From Vulcanimicrobiota bacterium (GTDB lineage: Bacteria; Vulcanimicrobiota; Vulcanimicrobiia; Vulcanimicrobiales; Vulcanimicrobiaceae), in NCBI GenBank assembly GCA_963812155.1, contig CAWETW010000003.1:512001-576000 (forward strand): 64,000 nucleotides of DNA, read 5' to 3'. The translations under genes and the position numbers were made by a program. Shown here piece by piece: positions 31,902-41,678 of the stretch. The number at the start of each line of letters is the position of its first letter. Positions within the stretch are counted from its first letter, which is position 1. Under the pieces are notes generated by a model. The model was not told the origin of the DNA and did no database searches. It saw only the letters and a program-made list of their open reading frames with translations.

Positions 31902-32606
31902 ATGGCTACGACGACTTCGACGGAAACCAGCCCGAACGACGCCGATCCCGGTCAGCTGAAATCCGGCATCGATGCCGCGCTGACGTCTGCGGATGCGACG
32001 GCGGCCGACCGCGTTGCGAACCTCGGCCTCGTCATGCAAGCACGCGTCGCGCGGCTCACGCGCGCTTCGGCGAGCGCGACGGCGCAGTACGGCGCGGGTT
32101 CGGCTCAGGCGACCGCTGCGCAGGCGGTTCTCGCCGACGCGAAGGCGGCGAGCGCGCGGGTATCCGTCGCCCAACGGCGCGCTGCTACCGCGCAGCCGCA
32201 GGTCGGTGCCGGAGAATGGGCGTTTCACGGCCGCGTGTACGACGATCAACTGCAGCCGGTGGCGGGACACACGGTATTCATGGTGGATTCGCAAAACAAC
32301 TATGAATCCGGCGCGGGCTTCGCCTACACCGATGCAACCGGGTATTTCTTGCTGAGTTCTCCGGCACAAGCCAAAGGCGAAGCGGATCAAGCTGCGCCTC
32401 CCGTGGACCTGTTCTTATCCATCGTCGACGAAAAGGGCGAGCCCGTATACCGGGCTTCGGCTGCGTTTCGACCCGCGCAAGGCGCGGCAACGTATCAGGA
32501 AGTCACGCTTTCCGCGAAGGGAACGCCGATCGGCGATCCGCCGGCAACTGTGCGTAGGACGGCGTTCCCGCGTGCCAGGCAGCAGCCACCGAAAAGCGCG
32601 TCTTGA
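31902..32606 (+). CDS. Ala-rich helical N-terminus + carboxypeptidase-regulatory-like beta domain
   Basis: AAGGA RBS; FHGRVYDDQLQPVAG.TV...AYTDATGYFLL. Confidence 0.65.
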   Translation: MATTTSTETSPNDADPGQLKSGIDAALTSADATAADRVANLGLVMQARVARLTRASASATAQYGAGSAQATAAQAVLADAKAASARVSVAQRRAATAQPQVGAGEWAFHGRVYDDQLQPVAGHTVFMVDSQNNYESGAGFAYTDATGYFLLSSPAQAKGEADQAAPPVDLFLSIVDEKGEPVYRASAAFRPAQGAATYQEVTLSAKGTPIGDPPATVRRTAFPRARQQPPKSAS

Positions 32607-32639
32607 ATAGTGAGGAATCGGTGCTATGACTAGACTACG

Positions 32640-33272
32640 TTGCCGCCGAAGCGTGCTATGAATCGGATTCTGGCAATCGGAATAGTGGTCTTCGCTACAA
32701 TAGCCATTGGTCTATGGCTCGTACAGCGCAATAATCAGACAAACTACGACACTCGAAGCGCTAACCGGGGCGCAACAGGAAATGAGTTCCTCGTAGACGG
32801 CAAAAAGGTCCAAGTAAATCTAACGACGCCACCAGCCCGTCTAAGGGTGGGCGAGAGTCTAAATATCGTGTTGAACTTTGCGCTGCCTACCAACCCAGAT
32901 GCCACCGGACTTGGCAACGAACACGACGGCAAATTTACGCCAACGTTGTCGATGGCGGATTGCAACATTTCGCCTACACAGCAGCCATCTCAGCCTTCGA
33001 CGCAACCGCTTGAAGCGTTTACTTGGACGTGGACGGTGTCCGATTGCACACAAGGCGATAAGTTAATGCGCGCGACGATCGAGTTCGATGGAGCGCCCGA
33101 TTCCGACGTGGAACCGTATCGTTTCAACCAATACGTAAGCGTCGTCCAACCGTTAACGTTTCTTTATCTATTGCCCATCGTGCCTGCGATTGCCGGGGCG
33201 ATAAGTGCGATCCTCACGGCGATCATAACCATCAATAAAGTACTTACCCTGGTGCCAAAGCACCAAGACTAA
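32640..33272 (+). CDS. Membrane protein: N-terminal TM, Ig-like middle, C-terminal TM
   Basis: ILAIGIVVFATIAIGLWLV and FLYLLPIVPAIAGAISAILTAII; visibly more AT-rich than flanks. Confidence 0.6.
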   Translation: MPPKRAMNRILAIGIVVFATIAIGLWLVQRNNQTNYDTRSANRGATGNEFLVDGKKVQVNLTTPPARLRVGESLNIVLNFALPTNPDATGLGNEHDGKFTPTLSMADCNISPTQQPSQPSTQPLEAFTWTWTVSDCTQGDKLMRATIEFDGAPDSDVEPYRFNQYVSVVQPLTFLYLLPIVPAIAGAISAILTAIITINKVLTLVPKHQD

Positions 33273-33334
33273 CCTCAAGCATAAAGGCGAGAGCGCGCGT
33301 TTTGGCTTCGACTGCGCGACCACACGCCGCGCCG

Positions 33335-34495
33335 TCACGTGAGAAACTGTAAACTACTCGGCCTCGGCGGGATGTCGGTGTAGCCCATCGGGCGATCCCA
33401 CCAATCGTGGGCGCGCGCACGCAGTTTGCCGTCACTCGGCGGCGGCGGCAAGCGCTGCTCGAGCGCCGCGGCGTAGGCGTCGAGATAGCGATCGACCATT
33501 CGTTCGACGGTAAACTCCGCTTCGACGCGCGCGCGGCAGGCGCGCCGGTCGAGCGACGCCAGGTGCGGAACTTTCGCAACGGCATCGTCGACGCTATCGC
33601 AGAGAAAGCCGGTGACGCCGTCGGCGACGATTTCCGGAATCGACCCCATGCGCGCGCCGAGCACCGGCGTGCCGCACGCCATCGCCTCGATCAGCGTCAT
33701 GCCAAAGCGCTCCGGGCGCGTCGTCATGTGCACGAGTGCCAGCGCGCCGGCCAACAACTCGTTGCGCGCTTCGCGCTCGACCGAGCCGAGAAACTGCACG
33801 CGATCGCCGTCGATGTGCGGTTCCACTTGCTCGCGAAAATACGCTTCGTCCTGAGGGATCGCTGCGATCTTCAAACGGACGCCGGCACGTTTGGCAACCT
33901 CGATGGCCAGGTGCGTGCCCTTCTCGGGATGGAAGCGCCCGAGGAAGACGAGATATTCGCCGGGCTTTTCCTCGAACGTAAACGCGCCCGTGTCGACGCC
34001 GTTGTACACCGTCGAGAGATAGTCGAGGCCCGGATCGCGGTCGGAGTCGGAGATCGAGCAGAAGAAGCTGCGCCAGGCGCACGCGTAGTACGCCGCCAGA
34101 ATTTGCGGCGACGAGAATCCGTGGATGGTCGTCAGCATCGGCGGCGCGGTGGTCGCGAGCGCGTAGGTGAGCGGACGCCAGTCGAAGTTATTGTGGATGA
34201 GGTCGAAGTCGGAGGCGCGGCGGAAGAGTTCGCCGACGTGCAACGCGCCGAACACCTCTCCGTTGAGAGCGGGGTCTTCGTTCAGCCCGACCGGCACGAC
34301 CGACGCGAGTTTGCCTTCAAAATGCGAGTCGCCGGCGGCGAAAAGCGTCACGTCGAGACCCCGCCGGCGCATGCCGTCGGCGATGTCGAATGCGACTTGC
34401 TCCCACGGGCCGTAGCCTCGCGGCGGCGCCGGCCACGAAATCGACGCAAGGACCGCGAGCCGCAGGCCGCGCAGCCGTTCGTTCACTCGGGCCAA
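33335..34495 (-). CDS. Glycosyltransferase family 4
   Basis: PPRGYGPWE, FLGRFHPEKG, ERFGMTLIEAMACGTPV. Confidence 0.93.
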   Translation of the reverse strand: MARVNERLRGLRLAVLASISWPAPPRGYGPWEQVAFDIADGMRRRGLDVTLFAAGDSHFEGKLASVVPVGLNEDPALNGEVFGALHVGELFRRASDFDLIHNNFDWRPLTYALATTAPPMLTTIHGFSSPQILAAYYACAWRSFFCSISDSDRDPGLDYLSTVYNGVDTGAFTFEEKPGEYLVFLGRFHPEKGTHLAIEVAKRAGVRLKIAAIPQDEAYFREQVEPHIDGDRVQFLGSVEREARNELLAGALALVHMTTRPERFGMTLIEAMACGTPVLGARMGSIPEIVADGVTGFLCDSVDDAVAKVPHLASLDRRACRARVEAEFTVERMVDRYLDAYAAALEQRLPPPPSDGKLRARAHDWWDRPMGYTDIPPRPSSLQFLT

Positions 34496-34498
34496 CTC

Positions 34499-35865
34499 CT
34501 AGCGATCGTCGTCGACGACGTGCGTGTCGCGCAGGCTGCGCGCGAGATTCCACTGCGTGCCGGTGGATGAGTTTCTCGAACGCGAGGTAGGTGAACGACG
34601 GCACGGGCTGGGCGCGCGCGTAGTCGAACATGTCGCTGAGGTCGTCGCCGGCCGCGTCGCGCTCACCGAGGTTTCCGAGCGCCCAATTCCGCTCGATAAA
34701 GCGTACGATCGAGGTGGATTCACGTTGCGTGTGCGAGACGTAGGGTGCCGCGTGCGGATCGGCCGCCGTGTAGTTGGAGCGCGCCCACGGCGAGACCACG
34801 ATAATCGGCACGCGAAATCCCCAACTCGTTCCGTTCGGGCCGGATGGCGGTGTCACGTGATCGTACCATCCGCCGCTGTCGTCCCACGTGACGATCATCG
34901 CCGTGTCGCCGTAGTAGCGGCACGCCGTGTTGGCGGACCGCTCGCTCTGCACGATCGCCATGTAAATCGAACCGACCCATCCCGGCCCCGCATTGCTGAG
35001 CGAGCCGGCGTGGTCGGACGCCATCCAGGTCGGCGTGACGTACGCGACTTGCGGAAGCTTGCAGTGCTGGATGTCGCCGAGCACGTCGGACATCGGCGTC
35101 ACGACGTTCTGCCAATCGGGGCCGTACCGGATATGGCGAATCGCGTCGAAGACGTTCACCCACGAGTCGGCGACCGTATCGTAGGCGCCGGTGTAGTATT
35201 TCCACGACACGCCCGCGCGATCGAGCAGATCGGCGATCGTCGGATTATCGAAGCACGGAAAGACGCCGGGCGTTACTTCGGTTTCGCCGGCGCCGAAGAT
35301 CGGAACGGTCGTGCCCGGTTTCGAATCGCAGCCCCACGTGAGCGGATCGTTCGGATCGTCGGCGGCTTGGCTCTGCGCCGTGACCAGAAACAGGTGGCCG
35401 GGAAACGTCGGCACGAGGCGCGGCGCGAAATTATCGTCGGCGAGCGCGTAGCGCTGCGCGAGTAGATGGTAAATCGTCGTTTCGTACGCGGGCACGTACG
35501 CCAGCGGAAAGTTCGGCGGTGCCGGCGGATACCCAGGATCGGGATAGGATCCGCCCTTCGCCGAAGCCGTCCATCTTGCCGCCGTTCCACTCCGTCACCA
35601 GTGCAGCGTGCGTGTGATGGGGATCGGCCGGATATTCGAACGGCACCGGTTTCGTCGCTACGGTCTTACCGTCGATCGTCGCGACCTGCGTGACGTTGGC
35701 GCCGGGGTAACCTTTGCCGCCCGCCAAGACCGACGACGCGAACAGATTGTCGGTCGTACGATTCTCTTGAATGATGACGATGACGTGCGCGATCGGACTG
35801 CCCGCGATCGGCGCTGCGTTTGCGGCCGGCGCAGCGATCGCCGCCGGAGGCGACGCCGCGATCAT
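34499..35865 (-). CDS. Phosphoesterase / phospholipase C family, frameshifts near 35545 and 34560
   Basis: IAHVIVIIQENRTTDNLF, WNGGKMDGF, TFPGHLFL, SDHAG, VTWDDSGGWYDHV.PP, GFRVP.IVVSPW. Confidence 0.88.
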
Positions 35866-37013
35866 ACGGGCGCTCCGCCTTTAATGACGAGTTTTGGACT
35901 TTGAAGCGTCCGTACGTCTTCGCCCACGTCACCGTCGAGCAGCAGCATATCGGCAGGTTCTCCAATCGCGAGCATCCCTCTGTGCAACCCGATCAACTCG
36001 GCCGCGACGGCCGTTGCCGCGTGCAGGGCTTGCTGCGGCGTCATTCCGAGCATCGACCACATCAGTTCGACTTCGAGCGCGTAGTTTTCGTGGTAGTTGT
36101 AGGGCGTGCCCGCATCCGATCCGCCCGCAATGCGCACGCCGCGTTCGTAGGCGCCGCGCAGGTTGTTCAGCATCACCTCGCTGAGGCCGCGAGCTTTGTC
36201 GAGCACGTACTTCGGCTGCTGCCCGTCTTCCAGGTGCGCGAGGATGCAGGTCGGCGCGCTCAACGTCGGCACCAAAAACGTGCCGTTTCGCTTGAAGAGT
36301 TCGATCGCTTCGTCGTCGAGCAGCGTCGCGTGCTCGACCGAGTCGACGCCGGCGCGCAGCGCGTTCTTGATGCCGGTCGTTCCGATCGCGTGTGCGGCGA
36401 CGCGCAACCCATGACGGTGCGCTTCGTCGACGCCCGCGTTCAGTTCGTCGGGCGTCAGCTGCGCGTTGCCGGGAACGGCGCCTTTGGTGAGCACGCCGCC
36501 GGTCGCGATGAACTTGATGCAATCCGCGCCCGCCCACATCTGTTCGCGCACGGCTTTGCGCGTTTCCCACGGCGAGTCGACCATCCGCCCGATGGGCCAG
36601 CCGTGTCCGCCGGTCATGCAGATCACCGCACCGGCTGCGCGCATGCGCGGCCCCGGAATCTTGCCGGCCTCGATCGCATCGCGCACGCTTTGTGCGAAAC
36701 CGTTCGACGAGCCGACGTCGCGGATCGTCGTGACGCCTGCCTGCAGCGATTTGCGCGCGTTCGAGACCGCGTTGAGCAGCCGTTCGTTGACGGGCGTCGT
36801 TTGAAACGCGCCCATCAAATCCGTCTCGCCGCTGGCTTCGACGTGCGCGTGCGCGTTGACCAAACCCGGCGTCACGCACGCCGCTTCGAGATCGCACGGC
36901 CCGGTCGCGGCTCGAATCTCCGCGATCCGGCCGTCGTCGACGACGACGTCGACGTTCTGCTTGGGAGGTTCGAGGGTTCCATCGTAGAGGAATCCGGCGC
37001 GAACGATCGTCAT
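35862..37013 (-). CDS. Metal-dependent amidohydrolase (Xaa-Pro dipeptidase-like)
   Basis: PGLVNAHAH, AGVTTIRDVG, TGGHG, IKFIATGG, AAHAIG, SVEHA, GSDAG. Confidence 0.92.
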   Translation of the reverse strand: MTIVRAGFLYDGTLEPPKQNVDVVVDDGRIAEIRAATGPCDLEAACVTPGLVNAHAHVEASGETDLMGAFQTTPVNERLLNAVSNARKSLQAGVTTIRDVGSSNGFAQSVRDAIEAGKIPGPRMRAAGAVICMTGGHGWPIGRMVDSPWETRKAVREQMWAGADCIKFIATGGVLTKGAVPGNAQLTPDELNAGVDEAHRHGLRVAAHAIGTTGIKNALRAGVDSVEHATLLDDEAIELFKRNGTFLVPTLSAPTCILAHLEDGQQPKYVLDKARGLSEVMLNNLRGAYERGVRIAGGSDAGTPYNYHENYALEVELMWSMLGMTPQQALHAATAVAAELIGLHRGMLAIGEPADMLLLDGDVGEDVRTLQSPKLVIKGGAPV

Positions 37014-37112
37014 GCCGGGCCTATTCGTTCAACGGCCGAGGTCGCTTAGCCTTGACTTCCGCCGCGATTGCGAGATCGCCAACGCGCTGCATCGATGCGT
37101 ATTTGAAGAACG

Positions 37113-37153
37113 GAGCGTGCGAAGCATGCGTTGCCGTCGCGTTTCAGGATGAC
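37113..37153. repeat. Degenerate REP-like element
   Basis: GCGTGCGAAGCATGC hairpin (cf. 63706) and TCAGGATGAC end overlapping the HMG-CoA lyase stop. Confidence 0.45.
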
Positions 37154-38054
37154 GTGGCGGCTTCCATGGCTTGAAACGCCTTGCTCGTCAGCGCGTGATC
37201 GACGATGCCGGAGATGAAGCGCGAGGCGGCGCGGACTTTGGCGACGTCGACGCCGGTCTCGATGCCCATTTGGTTGAGAAGGTAGAGCACGTCTTCGGTG
37301 CCGACGTTGCCGGTCGCGCCGGGCGCGTAGGGACAGCCGCCGAGACCGCCGGCCGACGCGTCGAACGATGCGATGCCGTTCTGCAACGACGCGTAGACGT
37401 TGGCGAGTGCCGTGCCGCGCGTGTCGTGGAAATGCAACGCGATCCGTTCCAGCGGAATGTGATCCGCGAGCAGCGGCACGAGCTCGTCGACTTGGCTCGG
37501 CACGCCGACGCCGATGGTATCGCCGATCGAAAGCGAGTCGCAGCCCATCTCCATCAACTTCACGCTGACGTCGACGACGGCTTGCGGCGTCACGGCGTCG
37601 CCGAACGGCGAGCCGAATGCCGTCGAAACGTACCCGCGCACCCACATGCCGTCGCTCTTCGCGGCGCGCACGACGTCGCGGAACGTCTCCAGCGACTCGT
37701 CGATCGTCATGTTGATGTTGCGCTTCGTGAACGGTTCCGACGCCGCGGTGAACACGGCGATCGCATCGGCACCGGCGGCCTTCGCGCGTTGATAGCCTTT
37801 GAGGTTCGGCGCGAGCACGGGATAGCGCACGCCGGGCTTTTTGCGGATGCGCGTGAAAACGTCCGCGGCGTCGGCGAGTTGCGGAATCGCTTTCGGACTG
37901 ACGAACGACGTCGCTTCGATCCAGCGCAGGCCCGTCTCCGAAAGTAGATCGATGTAGCGAACCTTGGCGTCGGCCGGTACGAGCTCGGATTCGTTCTGCA
38001 GCCCGTCGCGCGCGCCCATTTCGAAGAGCGTTACGCTCTTTGGAAGGTGCTCAT
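37144..38054 (-). CDS. liuE: Hydroxymethylglutaryl-CoA lyase, probable indel near the start
   Basis: EMGARDGLQNE, TSFVSPKAIPQLAD, GDTIGVG, LHFHDTRG, GGLGGCPYAPGATGN. Confidence 0.93.
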
Positions 38055-39994
38055 CCCAGTTCGACGAGCGGCGCGCCGGCGGCGACGATCTCGCCTTCTT
38101 TTACGAGCACGGTTTTGACGGAGGCGCCGGCCGGCGCCTCGATGCGGTGTTCCATCTTCATCGCTTCCAATACGATCAACAGCGCATGCTCTTCGACGGC
38201 TTCGCCCGAACGCACCGCGATTTTGACGATTTTCCCGGGCATCGGGGCGGTGACGCGTCCGTCGCCGCCGGTGCCGCCGTGGCTCCCGCTCGCGGACGAG
38301 ACCGCGGGCGGAGGTGCAAACGTAAACGCGTACGCGCGGCCGTCGAGATGAACGATCGCTTCGCCGTGGCGATGCGTCACGATGCCGGCCAGCGGCGTCC
38401 CCGAAAACGAGCCGCGGACGCGCTCGCCGTGACGCTCGACGTCGAGTTCGCCGACGCACTCGCCGGAGAGACGCCAGCTTCCGGCGCGGTCGCCCGCATC
38501 CGCCAGGGACTCCGTCACGCCGCCGCCGCGCTGTGCGAGCCGCAGCGGAATGCCGACGCCGGCGATGCGCCACGGCGCTTTGCCGTCGAGCAGCAGCCCG
38601 GCCGCGCACAGCAGCAGCGCCTCGCGCGGCGCCGCCTGCTGCGCGAAGATCGACTCGTCGAGCCGTTGCGCCAAGAAACTCGTCGTCGTTTCGCCCTTCG
38701 CAAACGCCTCGTCGCGCGCAATCCACAATAAGAGCGGCAGATTCGAGCGAATGCCGTCGATCGCGAACTCTTCGAGGGCTTCCTCGAAGCGCGCGATGGC
38801 GCCGGGACGATCGGTGCCGTACACGATGAGCTTTGCAAGCATCGGGTCGTAATAGAGGCTCACTTCGCTGCCGGTCGTCACGCCGGAGTCGAGGCGCACG
38901 CCCGGGCCTGCCGGCGGCGACCAGAGTTCGATCGTGCCGGTCGACGGCAACATGTGGTTGGCCGGATCTTCGGCGTAGATGCGTCCCTCGATCGACCATC
39001 CGCGCGGACGCACGTCGTCTTGCGCGATCGTCAACCGCTCGCCCGATGCGATGCGCAACTGCCACTGCACGAGGTCGATGCCGTAGACGAGTTCGGTGAC
39101 GGGGTGCTCGACTTGCAGGCGCGCGTTCATCTCGAGAAAGTAGTAGTTTCCGTCGCCGTCGAGCATGAACTCGCAGGTTCCGGCGTTGACGTAGCCGACC
39201 GATTGCGCCGCGCGGACCGCAGCCGATCCCATGGCGTCGCGCAGTTCGGGCGTCAGCGCGACCGACGGCGCCTCCTCGACGATTTTTTGATGGCGCCGCT
39301 GAATCGAACATTCGCGTTCGCCGAGATGAATCGTCGTGCCGTGCGCGTCGGCCAGAATCTGAAACTCGATGTGGCGAGGATCGCGCAGATAGCGTTCGAG
39401 CAGCACCGCGTCGTCGCCGAACGCGGCCAGCGCCTCGCGCTTGGCGGCGTCGAGCGCTTCGTCGAACGCGGCGACCGATGCGACGACGCGCATGCCGCGA
39501 CCGCCGCCGCCCGCGCTCGCCTTGATCAGCAGCGGGAAACCGATGCGTTTTGCCTGCGCGCGCAGCGTTTCGGGGCTTTGATCGTCGCCGTCGTATCCCG
39601 GGACGGTCGGCACGTCGAACTCGCGCACGCGGCGCTTGGCTTCGATCTTGCTGCCCATCGCGGCCATCGCATCCGGCGGCGGCCCGACGAACGTCATTCC
39701 CGCCGCGGCAACGGCGCGCGCGAACGCCGGGCGCTCCGAAAGAAAGCCGTAACCGGGATGCACCGCATCGGCACCCATCGCTACGCCGGCGGCGACGATC
39801 GCGTCGGCGTCGAGATACGACTGCGTCGCGGGCGCCGGCCCGACGCAGCGCGCGTCGTCGACGAACCGCAGATGGTACGCGTTCGCGTCGGCTTCGGAGT
39901 AGATGCCGAGCGGTACGATTCCGACCTCGCGCGCGCCGCGCGCCACGCGCACCGCGATTTCTCCGCGATTGGCTATCAGCAGCCGGCGGATCAT
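38051..39994 (-). CDS. liuD: 3-methylcrotonyl-CoA carboxylase alpha subunit (biotin carboxylase + biotin carrier)
   Basis: LLIANRGEIA, HPGYGFLSE, RECSIQRRHQK, FLEMNARLQVEHPVTE, EAMKME. Confidence 0.92.
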   Translation of the reverse strand: MIRRLLIANRGEIAVRVARGAREVGIVPLGIYSEADANAYHLRFVDDARCVGPAPATQSYLDADAIVAAGVAMGADAVHPGYGFLSERPAFARAVAAAGMTFVGPPPDAMAAMGSKIEAKRRVREFDVPTVPGYDGDDQSPETLRAQAKRIGFPLLIKASAGGGGRGMRVVASVAAFDEALDAAKREALAAFGDDAVLLERYLRDPRHIEFQILADAHGTTIHLGERECSIQRRHQKIVEEAPSVALTPELRDAMGSAAVRAAQSVGYVNAGTCEFMLDGDGNYYFLEMNARLQVEHPVTELVYGIDLVQWQLRIASGERLTIAQDDVRPRGWSIEGRIYAEDPANHMLPSTGTIELWSPPAGPGVRLDSGVTTGSEVSLYYDPMLAKLIVYGTDRPGAIARFEEALEEFAIDGIRSNLPLLLWIARDEAFAKGETTTSFLAQRLDESIFAQQAAPREALLLCAAGLLLDGKAPWRIAGVGIPLRLAQRGGGVTESLADAGDRAGSWRLSGECVGELDVERHGERVRGSFSGTPLAGIVTHRHGEAIVHLDGRAYAFTFAPPPAVSSASGSHGGTGGDGRVTAPMPGKIVKIAVRSGEAVEEHALLIVLEAMKMEHRIEAPAGASVKTVLVKEGEIVAAGAPLVELG

Positions 39995-40773
39995 GCGTGG
40001 AAGCTGGCCTTGCGCCGTTCGAGAAACGCGCGCAGGCCTTCTTGCCCTTCCGGGCTGATGCGCTGATCGGCGATCGCGCGCGTCGTAATCGCACGCGACT
40101 CTTCGTAGCTCGCACCGAGCACGCGTCGGATCAACAGTTTTGCCGCGCCGACCGCGTACGGCCCGGCGGTACGAATCTCGCCGATCGTGCGATCGACCGC
40201 GGCGTCGAGATCTCCGGCGGCTACCGTTTCGTGCACCAAGCCGATGCGCAGCGCGCGGGCGGCGTCGAAACGTTCGCCGGTGAGAAAGAGCGCGCGCGCG
40301 TGCGACGCGCCGATCTTCGAGAGCACGAACGGCGAGATGACGGCCGGAATGATGCCGAGTTTCACTTCGGTGAAGCCGAACGTCGCATCGTCGGCAGCGA
40401 TCGCGATGTCGCAGGCGGCGGCCAATCCGGCGCCGCCGCCGAGGGCGGCACCTTGAATGCGCGCGATGACCGGCCGCGGACAGTTGTCGATCGCGCGGAA
40501 CATGTCGCTCATGCGTTCCGCATCGATGGCGTTCGCTTCGAAACTCAGGTCGAGCGACTCGCGCATCCAGTTGATGTCGGCGCCGCCGCAGAAAACGCTC
40601 CCCTCGCCGGCGAGCACGACCGCGCGCACGTCGTCGGCTGCGGCGATGCGTTTGAACGCGTCGTGCAGTTCGGCGATGACGTCGGCGTTGAAGGCGTTTC
40701 GCACCTCGGGACGGGCGAGCGTGACGCGCGCGATGCCGTCGGCAAAGGCGAAGTTGACGGTTGGGTCGGCCAT
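39991..40773 (-). CDS. liuC: Enoyl-CoA hydratase (methylglutaconyl-CoA hydratase)
   Basis: RPEVRNAFN, FCGGADINWM, ALGGGAGL, FTEVKLGIIPAVISP. Confidence 0.9.
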   Translation of the reverse strand: MADPTVNFAFADGIARVTLARPEVRNAFNADVIAELHDAFKRIAAADDVRAVVLAGEGSVFCGGADINWMRESLDLSFEANAIDAERMSDMFRAIDNCPRPVIARIQGAALGGGAGLAAACDIAIAADDATFGFTEVKLGIIPAVISPFVLSKIGASHARALFLTGERFDAARALRIGLVHETVAAGDLDAAVDRTIGEIRTAGPYAVGAAKLLIRRVLGASYEESRAITTRAIADQRISPEGQEGLRAFLERRKASFHA

Positions 40774-40883
40774 GGCCCTGGCGATTCTCGCCGCTCCACT
40801 CCAGGTCATCCCCCGCTGCGGACGCTTCATCCGGCCGCACCTTTGAAACGTTCCCACGATGTGACGTCGAAGGATGCCTCTCA

Positions 40884-41678
40884 GTGCGCGTGATCTACCG
40901 CTACGCCCTGGCGATTCGGCTCAGCCATTGGCTGTGGGCGATCGCGTTCGCGGTGCTCGTTTCGAGCGGACTGCAGATTTTCAACGCGTCACCGAACCTC
41001 GATGCGTCGGACAAGAGCGATCCGGCGCGCCGCGTGCTCTCGATCGACGCGCCGGCGCAGGGCGTCGGCACGACGACGTTTTTCGGACGAACGTTCGTCA
41101 CGACGGGGTGGCTCGGATGGACCGACGACGGCATGGGATCCCGCGGTCCGCGCGCGTTTCCGGGCTGGCTTACGATTCCAGGGTACCAAGACCTAGCCGA
41201 CGGCCGCCGCTGGCATCTTTTTTTCGCGTGGATCGCGGCGCTGTGCTGGCTGGCGTGGCTGATCGTTGCGTCCGTTCGCGGCAATCTTCGCGACATGATC
41301 CTGCGGCCGAGCGATCTCCCGAAACTCTGGCCGATGCAAGCGTACTATTTCAAACTCCGCAAAGAGCCGCCGCCGCACGGCACGTACAATCCGCTGCAGA
41401 AAGCCGCGTACACCTGCGTGCTGTTCGTCATCGCGCCGTTCGTCGTGCTGACCGGACTCGCGCTCTCGCCCGGCATCGATGCGATCGCCAATCCGCTGAC
41501 CGTGCTGCTCGGCGGACGGCAGTTCGCGCGGCTGTGGCACTTCGCCGGCATGCTGGCGCTGCTGGGGTTCTTCGCGGTCCACCTGTTCCAAGTCGCGACG
41601 CAGGGCGTCGTCAACCAAATGCGTTCGATGATCACGGGCTGGTATCGCGCCGGCGAACGCGACGGAATCGGCCCGTGA
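40884..41678 (+). CDS. Cytochrome b/b6-domain membrane protein
   Basis: RLSHW...SGLQIFNA, GRRWHLFFAW, YNPLQK, ARLWHF, VH...SMITG. Confidence 0.88.
   Translation: MRVIYRYALAIRLSHWLWAIAFAVLVSSGLQIFNASPNLDASDKSDPARRVLSIDAPAQGVGTTTFFGRTFVTTGWLGWTDDGMGSRGPRAFPGWLTIPGYQDLADGRRWHLFFAWIAALCWLAWLIVASVRGNLRDMILRPSDLPKLWPMQAYYFKLRKEPPPHGTYNPLQKAAYTCVLFVIAPFVVLTGLALSPGIDAIANPLTVLLGGRQFARLWHFAGMLALLGFFAVHLFQVATQGVVNQMRSMITGWYRAGERDGIGP

Larger units (their letters stand above)
6900..33272 (+). other. Extracellular contractile injection system (eCIS, Afp/PVC-like) gene cluster
   Basis: Co-oriented, mostly overlapping genes for sheath, tube, DUF4255, AAA ATPase, DUF4157, LysM, hub, gp5-OB, PAAR-like, gp25, two baseplate J and DUF6519. 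No capsid or terminase. Confidence 0.93.

Noticed and set aside
39995..40840. N-terminal extension or fusion on the biotin carboxylase (929-aa ORF)
   Set aside because: Shadow frame of liuC; the real start MIRRLLIANRGE overlaps the liuC stop.
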